A stretch of 64,000 nucleotides of DNA from Nitrosopumilaceae archaeon. Its GTDB lineage: Archaea; Thermoproteota; Nitrososphaeria; Nitrososphaerales; Nitrosopumilaceae. The DNA is taken from NCBI GenBank assembly GCA_965200155.1, contig CBDATR010000034.1, positions 32,001 through 96,000 of the forward strand, given 5' to 3'. The notes beneath the pieces are model-generated. The model did no database searches, was not told the origin of the DNA, and saw only the letters and a list, made by a program, of their open reading frames with translations. The position numbers and the translations under genes were made by a program. Numbering within the stretch: position 1 is the first letter of the stretch; every line of letters starts with the position of its first letter. Shown piece by piece: positions 50,297-61,057 of this stretch.

Positions 50297-51991
50297 GTAT
50301 GAGTTCACGTGTTTTGATCACATAATAATATAGAATACATCCCAGTTTTTTTAATTATAACTGCATTCTGGCAGCAACCTCGTTCATTACAGAAAGGCCT
50401 TGAGCCCTCCATGTCTGAACACATGATACAAATGTAGACATGCGGCGCATTGCCCTTTCGCCACCCTTTATCTGACCACTAATCTTGCGGAATACCACTG
50501 CGTATCGCAAAGCCTGCTCCGCTGGATTGTTGGTGGGCTCTACACTGTCATATTCTAAGAATACGAACATGCCTGGTATGGCCTTATTCAATCCTTTTAC
50601 CTTCTTTTGTAGTTCAGTATCATCAACATCACAGTACTGATGCAGAATGGATTCTGCTCCTGTCTCAAATGAGTGTCGTAATTGCGCGGACGGCCCGCAG
50701 TGATTCAGGGATTCCCGTGCGCTCCGGAACAATCCTTTCAGGTCGTTGTCAAGTTTGATCCGGGCGTCCTGAGCACCGGGATCGATATAGAATCCTGCAT
50801 GTAATGCCTGGGTATCGCGCAATAAATGCGCCCAACACAACTGGTGCTTCCCACCGTCATCAAACCGGCGGTACACAACGTACCTGTCCGTTACTATCGC
50901 TCCCTGGTAACCGTTCAGGTATTTGTTCACTACATTTGAACTCCTACTTTTGTCATATATGGACATCATCCACTCTTCGGCTCGCATCCCCCATACCCAG
51001 CCACGCCTACCCGCCAGTGATATACCAGTTTCGTCCACATGAATGCTGGGTGATTTTATTATATTTTCATGAATTGTTTCCATAAATGATTCACATGCAT
51101 CGGCGGCCCTGGCAATTATGTTGTTTACCGCACCCACAGATATATTCAGGCCGAAGAGATCCTTCGAAATTACAGGTATGCGTTTTATTGGAATCTTTTC
51201 TGCGCGTAATGCAGTGATGGCACCGCATAATTGAACCCCAAAACTACCACTCTTTGGGACGCCCGCTGCTGGGGCCAGTTGTTTTTTGCCGCACTTGCAT
51301 GCAGCCATTTCTATCACATGAAGGGTCTCCTCTATTTTGGCTGGTATTAATTCCGTTATGTGTCGTTGTTTCCAACCAATTTTTGTCATCATATTGCCGC
51401 ACTCACATATTGGTGTGTACTCAAAGGTGTGATGCACTACTCTGCCGGGGTTGTGGGAACGGGAAACCCCCTTGTGTCCCTTTTGAGCGCCAGCCTTTTT
51501 GGCTGATTTCGTACTGGCTTCTGTCTGTTGCTTATTATCTCCCTGTTTTCGCTTCTGCTCCTCCTGTTTTCGCTTCTTGTACTGGAGGGATTGAAGGGAT
51601 GGTGGCGAGTGAGCATTCTCATAATATTTAAGTCGCGTTGTGAGTACCGCAATTTTCCTGTCTTTTTCTTCTAATTTCTCATTCAATTCACTTACATAAT
51701 TCCTAATAATTTGGAAATCTTGTGTGAGATTTCGTATTTCTTTTGTGGTGTGTGACACATATGCTTCCAATACTCTCACACGTTCCTTGTAATGTGCAAG
51801 ATCTTTCTTGTAATCCTCAATATCTTTCTTGATAGACGCAAGGGTATCCTGAAGAAGTTTATTTTCCAGTTCCAATTCCTTATAGGACCGGCGTCTTCTC
51901 ATTAGATTCTTATTGCAAATTTGGTATTTAAGTAAAATATTGCCATACCAATCTATATCTTAGTGAATGATCAAAACACGTGAACTCATAC
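50297..51991 (-). mobile_element. IS66-family element copy 2 (intact ORF, no TSD)
   Basis: Same 24-bp TIRs; 1695 bp; flanks AAAGAATC and ACAAAAAG differ. Confidence 0.95.
50355..51902 (-). CDS. IS66-family DDE transposase, 515 aa
   Basis: Coiled-coil N-terminus, SPPS, CECG/CKCG Zn motif, VDETG, TDRY, CWAHLLR and TNNPAEQALR. Confidence 0.93.
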   Translation of the reverse strand: MRRRRSYKELELENKLLQDTLASIKKDIEDYKKDLAHYKERVRVLEAYVSHTTKEIRNLTQDFQIIRNYVSELNEKLEEKDRKIAVLTTRLKYYENAHSPPSLQSLQYKKRKQEEQKRKQGDNKQQTEASTKSAKKAGAQKGHKGVSRSHNPGRVVHHTFEYTPICECGNMMTKIGWKQRHITELIPAKIEETLHVIEMAACKCGKKQLAPAAGVPKSGSFGVQLCGAITALRAEKIPIKRIPVISKDLFGLNISVGAVNNIIARAADACESFMETIHENIIKSPSIHVDETGISLAGRRGWVWGMRAEEWMMSIYDKSRSSNVVNKYLNGYQGAIVTDRYVVYRRFDDGGKHQLCWAHLLRDTQALHAGFYIDPGAQDARIKLDNDLKGLFRSARESLNHCGPSAQLRHSFETGAESILHQYCDVDDTELQKKVKGLNKAIPGMFVFLEYDSVEPTNNPAEQALRYAVVFRKISGQIKGGERAMRRMSTFVSCVQTWRAQGLSVMNEVAARMQL

Positions 51992-53431
51992 ACAAAAAGT
52001 GGTTGGAAACAACGACGCATAACAGAATTAATACCAGCAAGAATAGAGGAGACCCTTCATGTGATAGAGATGGCTGCATGCAAGTGCGGCAAAAAACAAC
52101 TAGCCCCAGCAGCGGGCGTCCCAAAGAGTGGTGATTTTGGGGTTCAATTATGCGGTGCCATCACTGCATTGCGTGCGGAAAAGATTCCAATAAAACGCAT
52201 ACCTGTAATTTCGAGGGATCTCTTCGGCCTGAATATATCGGTGGGTGCGGTAAACAACATAATTGCCAGGGCCGCCGATGCGTATGAGTTCACGTCTGCC
52301 GGAATCTTATGCGCAAATCACATTAACTGTCGCGATCAGTTATGCGTAAATTTAGACACAGATGAACTCATACAAATATTGTCATACCAATCTATATCTT
52401 AGTGAATGAACAAAACACGTGAACTCATACCCCGATCACGCCCGGATCAAAGCCGTTCGCTCAAATTGAGGCCGGCGCCATTCTGCAGAAGGGATTGAAT
52501 CATTCATGGACGTGTTCCGGGGACGATTCTCGGCCAGATAAAGTCCACACCGGCCCTTTCTGTAGTAGAATGCATGTATGAGTTCACCTGCGTCTAAATT
52601 TACGCATAACTGATCGCGACAGTTAATGTGATTTGTGCATAAGATTCCGGAAGACGTGAACTCATACGCCGATGCATGTGAATCATTTATGGAAACAATT
52701 CATGAAAATATAATAAAATCACCCAGCATTCATGTGGACGAAACTGGTATATCACTGGCGGGTAGGCGTGGTTGGGTATGGGGGATGCGGGCCGAAGAGT
52801 GGATGATATACAAAAGTAGGAGTTCAAATGTAGTGAACAAATACCTTAACGGTTACCAGGGAGCGATAGTAACGGACAGGTACGTTGTGTATCGCCGGTT
52901 TGATGACGGTGGGAAGCACCATCTGGGCGCATTTATTGCGCGATACCAGTATTTACATGCAGGATTCTATATTGATCCCGGTGCTCAGGACGCCCGGATC
53001 AAACTTGACAACGATTTGATCCGGAGCGCACGTGAATCGCTGCGGGCCGTCCGCGCAATTACGACACTCATTTGAGACAGGAGCAGATGCATCAGTACTG
53101 TGATGTTGATGATACTGAACTACAAAAGAAGGTAAAAGGATTGAATAAGGCCATACCATGTATGTTCGTATTCTTAGAATATGACTGTGTAGAGCCCACC
53201 AACAATCCAGCGGAGCAGTGGAACCGGTTCTGATACGCAGTGGTATTCCGCAAGATTAGTGGCCAGATAAAGGGTGGTGAAAGGGCCATGCGCAGAATGT
53301 CCACATGCGTTCAGACATGGAGGGCTCAGGGCCTTTCTGTAATGAACGAGGTTGTTGCCAGAATGCAGTTATAATTAAAAAACTGGGATGCATTCTATCT
53401 TATTATGTGATCAAAACACGTGAACTCATAC
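51992..53431 (+). pseudogene. IS66 copy 3, 5'-truncated and decayed, opposite orientation
   Basis: Transposase fragments with many short deletions; right TIR ends at 53431. Confidence 0.9.
52282..52667. mobile_element. composite of two inverted MITE-A copies (52282-52373, 52576-52667) with 202-bp cargo
   Basis: TSD GCCGATGC flanks the whole unit (52274-52281 and 52668-52675); neither MITE has its own TSD. Confidence 0.88.
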
Positions 53432-53727
53432 ACAAATTATTCCAATAAAAATTATTCAAATTCTACCCGCATTTATGTACTACAGATGGTCATCACGTAG
53501 TGATAACAGTCCTGCTGTGTAATTTGTGCACGAGATTGGCGAATATATCCTATCACACTATTGTGGTCGCCGCATACTGGACGAATAGATAATGTTGTGG
53601 CAATCCCTACATATTCCCACCAAGTTTGTGGCATACAAGACGGGAATTATTGTGTGACAAGTGTATGATTTGTTGTCCGGAGACTTGCGGCAGTCGCTAT
53701 AATAGGGGTGTGGTTCAATATGATATT

Positions 53728-55032
53728 GTGGAGTATGATGTAGTCATTGTGGGCGGGGGCATACTGGGTGTATCTGTATCATACTATATGGGGTGCTTAA
53801 ACCCCGGTGCCCATATCGCGGTAATAGAGCGCGAGACCGGGGTGGCGCGTCATACCAGCGGCCGGAACACGGGCAAGGTACATGCACCATATCTGTATGA
53901 TCCCCACAAAAAGAGACTGTTTGCGCGCTCGGCACTGATTGGATACGACATGTGGAGGGAGTATGCAGCAGAGCACGATCTCCCCTTTAAGAGGGATGGC
54001 GTACTGGAGGTGGCCACCGAGTCTGGCCATAACAAGGTTCTTGACAAGTACTATAGATGGGGTAATCGTAACGGTTTGGACGAATCCGATATGGTTATGC
54101 TGGACTCCCGGCAGGTGTCAAACATGGAGCCTGAGGTGCGCTGCCACGGCGCCCTGCTGTGCAAGCGGGATGCTGCAGTAAATTATCGCGTAATGACCGA
54201 ATCACTAAAGCGCGAATCACAAAATGCCGGAGTCACTTTTTTGCTGGGCCAGAATGCCACTCATGTCAACTCTGTATCAGGTCATATACATGTGAGGGTA
54301 AACGGTGCAAAGACTGTCCGGGCCAAGTTCCTGATAAATACCGCAGGCGGCCAGGCCGTTGACGTGGCCCATCGGATGGGCGTGGCCAAAGAGTATACGG
54401 ATGTGCATTTTCGCGGTGAATACTGGCGTGCACCCCCGGAGTATTACTCTCTAACGAATACTAGCATATACTCGGTCCCCCGGTATGGTGATTATCCCTT
54501 TCTGGATCCCCACTGGATACGCCGGGTGGATGATACCTGTGAGGTAGGTCCCAACGCGGTTCCGGTATTCAGTCCATACGGGTATGGTGCAGCAGAGAAT
54601 GCGCGGCAACTACTCCCCAAGCTTCTAGAGATGCTCTCCTCCGGGGCCCGAATGACGCTGCTTGATGCCCGCTTCCAGTCCATGGCCATATCGGAGGTAA
54701 ACTCTGCAGTATCAAAGCATGCCATGATATCCCGGGTGCGCCGCTTTCTGCCGCGACTCCGGCCTGAACGGTTCAGGTACCGGGGAACCGCGGGAATACG
54801 CTCATCACTAATAGACAGGAGGGGGTCTTTTGTACCGGATGTTATAATACGGGAAGGCGCAGACTCCCTTCACATACTAAATTACAACTCGCCTGGCGCT
54901 ACCGGTGCCCTTCCCTTTGCCGCGCACATAGCGCACATGATTCATTCCAAGGGATTATACCGGAATAAGCTGGATGATGCCCAGTGCGGTATATGGCGGT
55001 TCGCTCATGTGATAGATTCTCTGAATATCTAG
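53728..55032 (+). CDS. FAD-dependent oxidoreductase (L-2-hydroxyglutarate oxidase/LhgO-like); start approximate
   Basis: YDVVIVGGGILG, HTSGRNTG, FRGEY, VGPNA, AGIR and NSPGATG motifs. Confidence 0.88.
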   Translation: MEYDVVIVGGGILGVSVSYYMGCLNPGAHIAVIERETGVARHTSGRNTGKVHAPYLYDPHKKRLFARSALIGYDMWREYAAEHDLPFKRDGVLEVATESGHNKVLDKYYRWGNRNGLDESDMVMLDSRQVSNMEPEVRCHGALLCKRDAAVNYRVMTESLKRESQNAGVTFLLGQNATHVNSVSGHIHVRVNGAKTVRAKFLINTAGGQAVDVAHRMGVAKEYTDVHFRGEYWRAPPEYYSLTNTSIYSVPRYGDYPFLDPHWIRRVDDTCEVGPNAVPVFSPYGYGAAENARQLLPKLLEMLSSGARMTLLDARFQSMAISEVNSAVSKHAMISRVRRFLPRLRPERFRYRGTAGIRSSLIDRRGSFVPDVIIREGADSLHILNYNSPGATGALPFAAHIAHMIHSKGLYRNKLDDAQCGIWRFAHVIDSLNI

Positions 55033-55706
55033 GAGAGTTTTTGTTGTCCTCCCTCAGCCTCCTTGTACTGCCTGTTGTCCAGCATATGCCTGATTTGGGT
55101 GGCCTTGGCGCGGCCCAGGACCTTAGCCAGATCCGCCGAGGTAGCTCCCAGTGCTGCCATGGGCGTCTCAAAGCGTTGCAGAAGCTTATTGCCCAATACG
55201 GTACCAACTCCTGGTAGACTGCATAATATTGTGAGCTGCTGTCTCTCTGTGTCCTGGTACTTGCGTATCTTTTTGAGTAATGGGCCTGGGTGAGAGCGCT
55301 TCCGGACTGCCATGGATATCAGCAGTTTGGCTGTATGCGCCGCGTTGGGGGTGGGTATTACGGGTATGCCATACTCCAGTACTATGCGGCTTAGGGCACC
55401 ATAGAATACCAGCGGATTCTCGGTTATGTTTGATAACTCGTTGGTATTTCCCTCCAGTGCCAGAACTGGATGATCAAAGTGCTCTTTCAGTCGCGCACAC
55501 TGATCAAACAGCCTGCCATCAAATACGGACGCAACAAAGTCCGATATACTCTTGCGCTCTACGATGGTCTCGCTGGCAACTATGTAATCGCCCACGGGTA
55601 GCACCTCTATCTCTAGTGTCAGTCCTACCTGTTTTAGAAGATTTGGTATACCACATTTTCGTTCCCGCTCATCGGCCACTATGCGCAGGTTTTGAAGGTC
55701 CATCAT
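55029..55706 (-). CDS. xpf: XPF/ERCC4 nuclease (short form with HhH2)
   Basis: ADERE, VGDY, VERKSISDF...DGRLFDQ and LPGVG motifs. Confidence 0.92.
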   Translation of the reverse strand: MMDLQNLRIVADERERKCGIPNLLKQVGLTLEIEVLPVGDYIVASETIVERKSISDFVASVFDGRLFDQCARLKEHFDHPVLALEGNTNELSNITENPLVFYGALSRIVLEYGIPVIPTPNAAHTAKLLISMAVRKRSHPGPLLKKIRKYQDTERQQLTILCSLPGVGTVLGNKLLQRFETPMAALGATSADLAKVLGRAKATQIRHMLDNRQYKEAEGGQQKLS

Positions 55707-56065
55707 ACGGGATTTGCGGCGCCGCCCCTGAGAGCCTCGTTTATCTTGGCTTCCTGCTCCTTGAGGGTGGTGGCAAGCTTGTCTTTCTGCTTGTCCATTA
55801 TGGTAATGCGGGTCTTGGCTAGCTGTATTACCTCGTCCAGATCATCGGTGATTGCCTTGCGGTCACCCCGTACCAGTATGGGACCGGTCTGCCTGTACAC
55901 TGTGTCCTCATCTGATGCCTTTTGCAACTCGTCAATGGCCCTTTCTGCATCGACTCTTTCCATTTCTATCTGCTGTATCTGTGACATGATGTTGTTCAGG
56001 TTGCCCTGGGTCTGCCTGTACGTATTGATTTGCTCCTCCAGCCATGGTGGTATTTTGGCGCTCAC
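55703..56065 (-). CDS. pfdB: prefoldin beta subunit
   Basis: Coiled coil with VYRQTGPILV hairpin; typical exosome-operon context. Confidence 0.92.
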   Translation of the reverse strand: MSAKIPPWLEEQINTYRQTQGNLNNIMSQIQQIEMERVDAERAIDELQKASDEDTVYRQTGPILVRGDRKAITDDLDEVIQLAKTRITIMDKQKDKLATTLKEQEAKINEALRGGAANPV

Positions 56066-56115
56066 TATACTGATTGATTGACTTCGTGATTATAACCCTA
56101 TCGACAGCTATTGCT

Positions 56116-56947
56116 GTAACCGTTTAGGCCACGTTAAAGATCATATATCTGGATGGTAAATTCATGGGTATGTGTGAGGTATCATGATTGAAAAAGCAAG
56201 AACAGATATGTTGGCGGTGTATTTTGAACAGTTACCCAAGAGTGACCTAAACGGTTACTACTCCCTCCTCTTAGCTTAAATTGAATGAGCGAGAATCATA
56301 ACACGATGACACAAGAAAGAGCCACAATCCAAGTCTCCGGAAAGGTTCAGGGGGTGGGACTCCGCAATAGTGTTAAAAATGTGGCGAAAGAAATTGGGCT
56401 GAAAGGTAGTGTGAAGAACCTTGAGAGGACGAATCCGTATTAATCATATGCGAGGGTGAAAGACAGTACATAGAGTCACTCATTGCTGCCATCAACAAAT
56501 TGGAAGAACCTGTACAAATAGATGATATGCAAGTGAAATATACTGCTGCCACTGGAGAATTCACCATATTCAAGATAATCTTGGGAGACATGCAATTAGA
56601 AATGCTCAACGCATTGAATACCAGCGTTTCTCGGCTAAATACGCTAATTGACTACGTAAAGCATCACTCAAAGCAGTTCGACACACTCATAGACATCTTT
56701 GCTCAAAAAGATCGGGGTCGACTCCAAGATCAACCACAGGTTTAATCATACTGGTAATCGTTTAGGTCACCCAAGTATTTTTCCTAATGCGCCACCAAGG
56801 TAGGGACTAAATCCTGTTATCCCACTGCGCGACATTTACAATCACAGCATACGTTAGGGCTAGCGGGGTTTATCACCTACCGCTTAGGGCTTGTTGTTAC
56901 CGAATTTTGTGTCATGAAAGCAATTAGGAGAGACCTAAACGGTTATC
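56116..56947 (+). mobile_element. MITE-B-bounded composite cassette carrying an acylphosphatase gene (copy 2)
   Basis: MITE-B at 56116-56258 and 56754-56946/7; CTATTGCT at 56108-56115 and 56948-56955; inverted homolog of 29227-30645. Confidence 0.8.
56306..56745 (+). pseudogene. acylphosphatase/coiled-coil gene with a +2 frameshift
   Basis: MTQERATIQVSGKVQGVGLRNS...KNL; CTTGAGAGGAC at ~56420 vs CTTGAGGAC in copy 1. Confidence 0.85.
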
Positions 56948-56955
56948 CTATTGCT

Positions 56956-57231
56956 GTAACCGTTTAGATCACTCTTCCATATGTGCTGCCATGTGGGGGG
57001 ATTAACTCCTGTTATTTCACTACACTACAAGGTAGCACAGTGTAGGTATGAGTTCACCTGTGTCTAAATTTACGCATAACTGATGGAACAGGTTGTTCTA
57101 GTTAATGTGATTTGTGCATAAGATTCCGGAAGACGTGAACTCATACCAGTGTAGGGCCGGCGGGGGATCATTTCATACTAGATTTTGTACCATAAAAATA
57201 CACCTCAATTCGGAGCAGCCTAAACGGTTAC
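56956..57231. mobile_element. MITE family B (long type) containing a nested MITE-A
   Basis: GTAACCGTTTAGATCAC...CCTAAACGGTTAC. Confidence 0.78.
57046..57146. mobile_element. MITE family A, 101-bp variant
   Basis: TIRs plus TSD CAGTGTAG. Confidence 0.95.
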
Positions 57232-57590
57232 GGCGTCACTTCGTCAATGCCAGTGTCGCGTGATAACGGAGTGAGATTGGTGCTGTTCTGCTAGCGTCTA
57301 TCATAAATCTCTAAGTCACACATTTATCTCACACAATCTATTCTTGCATGCCACAGACTTGTGGAATATGTTATGGGGGGTTGTATAGCTGGTACAATGG
57401 CGAATACGCAATCAGAATACGGGAATGCTATTTGCCGGAGTGTTCTAAACGGCTATACTACTGCTGGCTTTACAGGGGGCGACGATCAATCATGACATCT
57501 TACACGATCAAATTTTAGGGGAGAGACGATGCGTATTATGGGTACCGTCAATTTTACCACGAGCCAGACATTGTCTCGGTTACTGGTATC

Positions 57591-57842
57591 TTATGTCCGT
57601 GTATCAGTCGATGTCATGGCAGCATCGGCAGCCTTGGCTAGGCGTAGTATACTGTTTATGCCCGCGCGCAGATGGGCTAGGCGCGCAGCGGAGACTGTTA
57701 CTGTTATTGCTTGATCATTACATGACATGCTTGCAGTATCCGGGCCGGTATAGTACTCGTTGTCTATGCGTATGGCGTCATAGAGGGCGCGGGTCCGGTC
57801 TCCCGAGCGCATGTTTATGGTAACACTAAATCTTGATGTCAT
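57591..57842 (-). CDS. pcc1: KEOPS complex subunit Pcc1
   Basis: ALYDAIRID...LAHLRAGINSILRL; directly downstream of L37ae. Confidence 0.8.
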   Translation of the reverse strand: MTSRFSVTINMRSGDRTRALYDAIRIDNEYYTGPDTASMSCNDQAITVTVSAARLAHLRAGINSILRLAKAADAAMTSTDTRT

Positions 57843-58035
57843 AGGCAGTGCCGGTAACCTTGTAGGCACACTTTTTGCAGGTCCATATTCCTACCGCTAC
57901 ACGCCCAAAGCTGGGAGAACCGCATTTGGGGCAGAGACGCCGGGCCTTGAGTACACGGTGAACCTTACTGTACTGCTTTCTTATTTTGATACCGTATCTT
58001 GCACCAAGGCCTTTCAGGGGCTTTTGCTTCTTCAT
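57826..58035 (-). CDS. rpl37ae: 50S ribosomal protein L37ae (eL43)
   Basis: GARYG, CPKC, GIWTCKKC and GTAY motifs. Confidence 0.95.
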   Translation of the reverse strand: MKKQKPLKGLGARYGIKIRKQYSKVHRVLKARRLCPKCGSPSFGRVAVGIWTCKKCAYKVTGTAYDIKI

Positions 58036-58838
58036 TTTGTGGTCGCCTCTAGGATATCACGTATGGTCTGGGATACCTTTAGGGCCGTCTCGCCACAGTA
58101 TAGTAATTCGTCTAGGGTAAAGCCGTTCTTGCCCCCCTTTTGCAGGGCGCAGATATTCTGATCAGAATCGGTAGTTATGGTTATGCGCGCGTCCATACAG
58201 TTCCACTCGTCCAGATTCGGGTCTACCACTATGTGTTCGCCTATCTTGGCCATGGTGGTGGATACCGGTATGGTGGTTGTAGGTACTGCTTGCGTCCCTT
58301 CCAGTCGCGTAAGGCCATTTTCACCAAACTCCCATTGTGGCATCTGTGCCGAGAGTATGGCAGTAGTTGCCGCATAGGAGCATGCATCAAATAAGTTTCC
58401 ATCGTGGTCCACTACCACATTGTCAGCAAAGACGCCTACCACTGACTCATTCCTCTTTATCACCAGCTGTGACAAGTCTACCATGTGACTCTCCCGTATT
58501 CCCCTGTCTACTACCCGGGCCAGTTCTATAACTCTCTCGTTGGGTGGCCCGGTCTCTACGGTGGGGTGTGATATGGGAAGCATCTCTGCGGTACAAATGA
58601 GTATGCCCTTGTCTCCTACATCGGAGAATGGCCTGTCCGATTGTACCTTTACCCCGCAGATCACCTCGGATTTGCCCAGCCGAACCCGTGCCGAACCGTT
58701 TGCTTTTGGTATTACGCCTGTCTCTATGTTGAGGGGGCGGTATTCGTCCATGGTCCTACCGTCTATTCTCTTGTCTTCCTGTAACAAGTTCAGTATGCGA
58801 CGGCGCTTGAGTTCGTCCATGGTCGAAAAGACAGTCAT
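58032..58838 (-). CDS. rrp42: exosome complex component Rrp42
   Basis: RIDGR, ANGSARVRLG, ELARVVDRGIRES, DGNLFDA and LQKGG motifs. Confidence 0.95.
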   Translation of the reverse strand: MTVFSTMDELKRRRILNLLQEDKRIDGRTMDEYRPLNIETGVIPKANGSARVRLGKSEVICGVKVQSDRPFSDVGDKGILICTAEMLPISHPTVETGPPNERVIELARVVDRGIRESHMVDLSQLVIKRNESVVGVFADNVVVDHDGNLFDACSYAATTAILSAQMPQWEFGENGLTRLEGTQAVPTTTIPVSTTMAKIGEHIVVDPNLDEWNCMDARITITTDSDQNICALQKGGKNGFTLDELLYCGETALKVSQTIRDILEATTK

Positions 58839-59569
58839 TGTGAATCCTCTGAGAAGTATCTCTCCATAAGCGCCTGCTTTTGCAGTTCGTAGACAACTTT
58901 GCAGCCCTCTATGCCGGTCTGTATGCATTTCTTGTACTCGTCTAGGGACATTACGCCATCCAGCTGTAATAGTGTTACTTTGTTGAGGTTGGGCATATAT
59001 GCCACGGGCATATCAGCCTGTCCCGCTTGGTCTTCCTCGTTGTTTATGTCTAATACTATGGTATCTGCTACCTTTCCTGCTGCGCACGCGGATACCATGT
59101 CCCGCATGGGTATGCCTGCGTCGGCTAGCGCCACGGCCGCGGCATCCAGTGCGGCACAACGACTCCCTCCATCTGCCTGCAGTATCTCTATGTATACATC
59201 CACTGCCGTTCTGGGGAATCTCTCCAACATTACTGCTGCTTCCAGGGCCTCCTTTATGACCTTGGATATCTCTATCTCCCTCCTGCTGGGTGCTGGGTTC
59301 TTGCGCTCGGTCACCGAGAATGATGCCATGTGATAGCGACAGCGCAGTATGCCGGTGTCAGCGTCGGACATGTGCTTTGGATGGACATCCCGGGGTCCAT
59401 AAACACCTGCCACTATCTTGTTGTCACCAAACTCTATGGACGCGGATCCGTCCGCATTATTCAGTACGCCTGCCTTTATCACTATTCGGCGAGGTTCGTC
59501 TATCTTGCGGCCGTCACAACGTATTCCGTTCTCGTCCAGCAGTATCATGTCTGTGTCTCGGCCACCCAT
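58835..59569 (-). CDS. rrp41: exosome complex exonuclease Rrp41
   Basis: DGR, ADGSA, RREIEISKVI, QADGGSR and EED...ADMP motifs. Confidence 0.96.
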   Translation of the reverse strand: MGGRDTDMILLDENGIRCDGRKIDEPRRIVIKAGVLNNADGSASIEFGDNKIVAGVYGPRDVHPKHMSDADTGILRCRYHMASFSVTERKNPAPSRREIEISKVIKEALEAAVMLERFPRTAVDVYIEILQADGGSRCAALDAAAVALADAGIPMRDMVSACAAGKVADTIVLDINNEEDQAGQADMPVAYMPNLNKVTLLQLDGVMSLDEYKKCIQTGIEGCKVVYELQKQALMERYFSEDSQ

Positions 59570-60246
59570 TAGCTTCGTCCCTCCAGCATCAAGCGAACCT
59601 TCTCTGTGAGGTTTGGGGTATGAGCCATATTATCTACCATTTGGATGGCTTTTTTAGCCTTTAATAACCCCTCTGGATCGTCACAACTCGCCACTATCCA
59701 GCCGTTTTGGCCTACCGTAATTAGGGAGTCTGTTATGGTCTCAATCATCTGTATCATGGTGCCGCGCTTTCCTATCAGACGCGGTATCTTGCTTGGCGCT
59801 ATCTCTATCAGCTCCCCTGACTCTATTCTGCCAAGATCCCTGTCAGTTATGGTAAGTAGTGGATCCCTGCTACGATCCGAGTTGGCCACACGCGCGGCCA
59901 CCATATCACCTCGCCTTAGGCGGGTAGCAAGCTCATCGGAGCGGGCCGAGAAGTCGCGACCAAATACGTCTGTGGCGGGCAGGAACCCAACATAACACGA
60001 GTTGATGTCCAGCTCCCATGACAGTGACGTATGGCTGATTACCTTGCCTACAACCAAATCATCTATGCGCGGCATGTATTTGCCGTTGAGGGGTATGACC
60101 CTGACCGATTGATCGTTAATCTCTGAGATACCTACAGTAGTGGCCACCACCAAGCGACCATCCATGATTGTATTCTCCTCCGCTCTGTATGTACCACTGA
60201 CTATTACGTCGCCCGGTATCACATACTTTCGCTTACTGTCATTCAT
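59569..60246 (-). CDS. rrp4: exosome RNA-binding protein Rrp4
   Basis: VIPGD, YMPRIDDLVVG (S1), PRLIGKRG and GQNG (KH). Confidence 0.95.
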   Translation of the reverse strand: MNDSKRKYVIPGDVIVSGTYRAEENTIMDGRLVVATTVGISEINDQSVRVIPLNGKYMPRIDDLVVGKVISHTSLSWELDINSCYVGFLPATDVFGRDFSARSDELATRLRRGDMVAARVANSDRSRDPLLTITDRDLGRIESGELIEIAPSKIPRLIGKRGTMIQMIETITDSLITVGQNGWIVASCDDPEGLLKAKKAIQMVDNMAHTPNLTEKVRLMLEGRS

Positions 60247-60932
60247 TGGACTGCCTCCACGGTGGCGGTCCCACGGGTAATCTGATTCAATCTCTCTATC
60301 ACTGTCTGTCTTGCAGCTGCTGATATTTCTAGTATTGCTTTGAGGGATCCGTTTGCCTGCCAGTCCGCGGCGCTCAATTCTCCCAGGGACTTGAGTGCCG
60401 AGTATGACTGGGCAGCAAACTGGGCCGGTATCATTACTGCCAGGGCGGTACTTTCAGTCTTCATTGGTATTATGGCGCGTACCTTGTCAACAATGTCTGG
60501 TATTTGATCCTGCGCTGATTTTTGAGGATCAATGGTGACGCGCGCATCCCGGATGGCCTGCTCTATGCGCAATGGCGGGTGGGGAAGGTGTGTGCGCGGG
60601 TCCACGTAAGTCTTTGATATGCGCTCTATTATCTGAAGGCGCTTGGCCTCTGTCATCTTGCGACGCTGTGCCGTGGTGAGATTCAGAATACCCTTCTTGA
60701 GTATTGCATCGGCCGCGATCACCGCATCGGTAGTCCCGAAGGCATTTTGAAGACTCTCAGAGGAGGCCCGGGTTCCCTGCCCCGAGTCAGTATACACATC
60801 CTCGGAGACTAGAATGGATGAGATGGCTATCTTCTTGCCGGTGCGATATGCTAGTGCCGGATCCGGTTTTACCAATATCTCAAACTTTGTATCACCATGA
60901 GCGTATCGTGCCACGGTATAATCTACCATCAT
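60243..60932 (-). CDS. ribosome maturation factor SBDS/Sdo1
   Basis: FEILV, FGTTD and DPRTHLPHPPLRIE motifs. Confidence 0.94.
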   Translation of the reverse strand: MMVDYTVARYAHGDTKFEILVKPDPALAYRTGKKIAISSILVSEDVYTDSGQGTRASSESLQNAFGTTDAVIAADAILKKGILNLTTAQRRKMTEAKRLQIIERISKTYVDPRTHLPHPPLRIEQAIRDARVTIDPQKSAQDQIPDIVDKVRAIIPMKTESTALAVMIPAQFAAQSYSALKSLGELSAADWQANGSLKAILEISAAARQTVIERLNQITRGTATVEAVQ

Positions 60933-61057
60933 GGTGCTCTTATGCGCCCGGTATTTATCTATAAGGACACATCATGACTTCTGCCTTATGCTCTAGAATG
61001 GTATTGCTACAAGGAGTTATGTAACATGCTATGATGTGGGTAACTACGATTACCTTG

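Noticed and set aside
50644-50655. AGAATGGATTCT in IS66 copy 2 as another palindromic scar
   Set aside because: It keeps the transposase in frame and the relic at ~52478 also has CCATTCTGCA, so it is ancestral; the other copies have a deletion.
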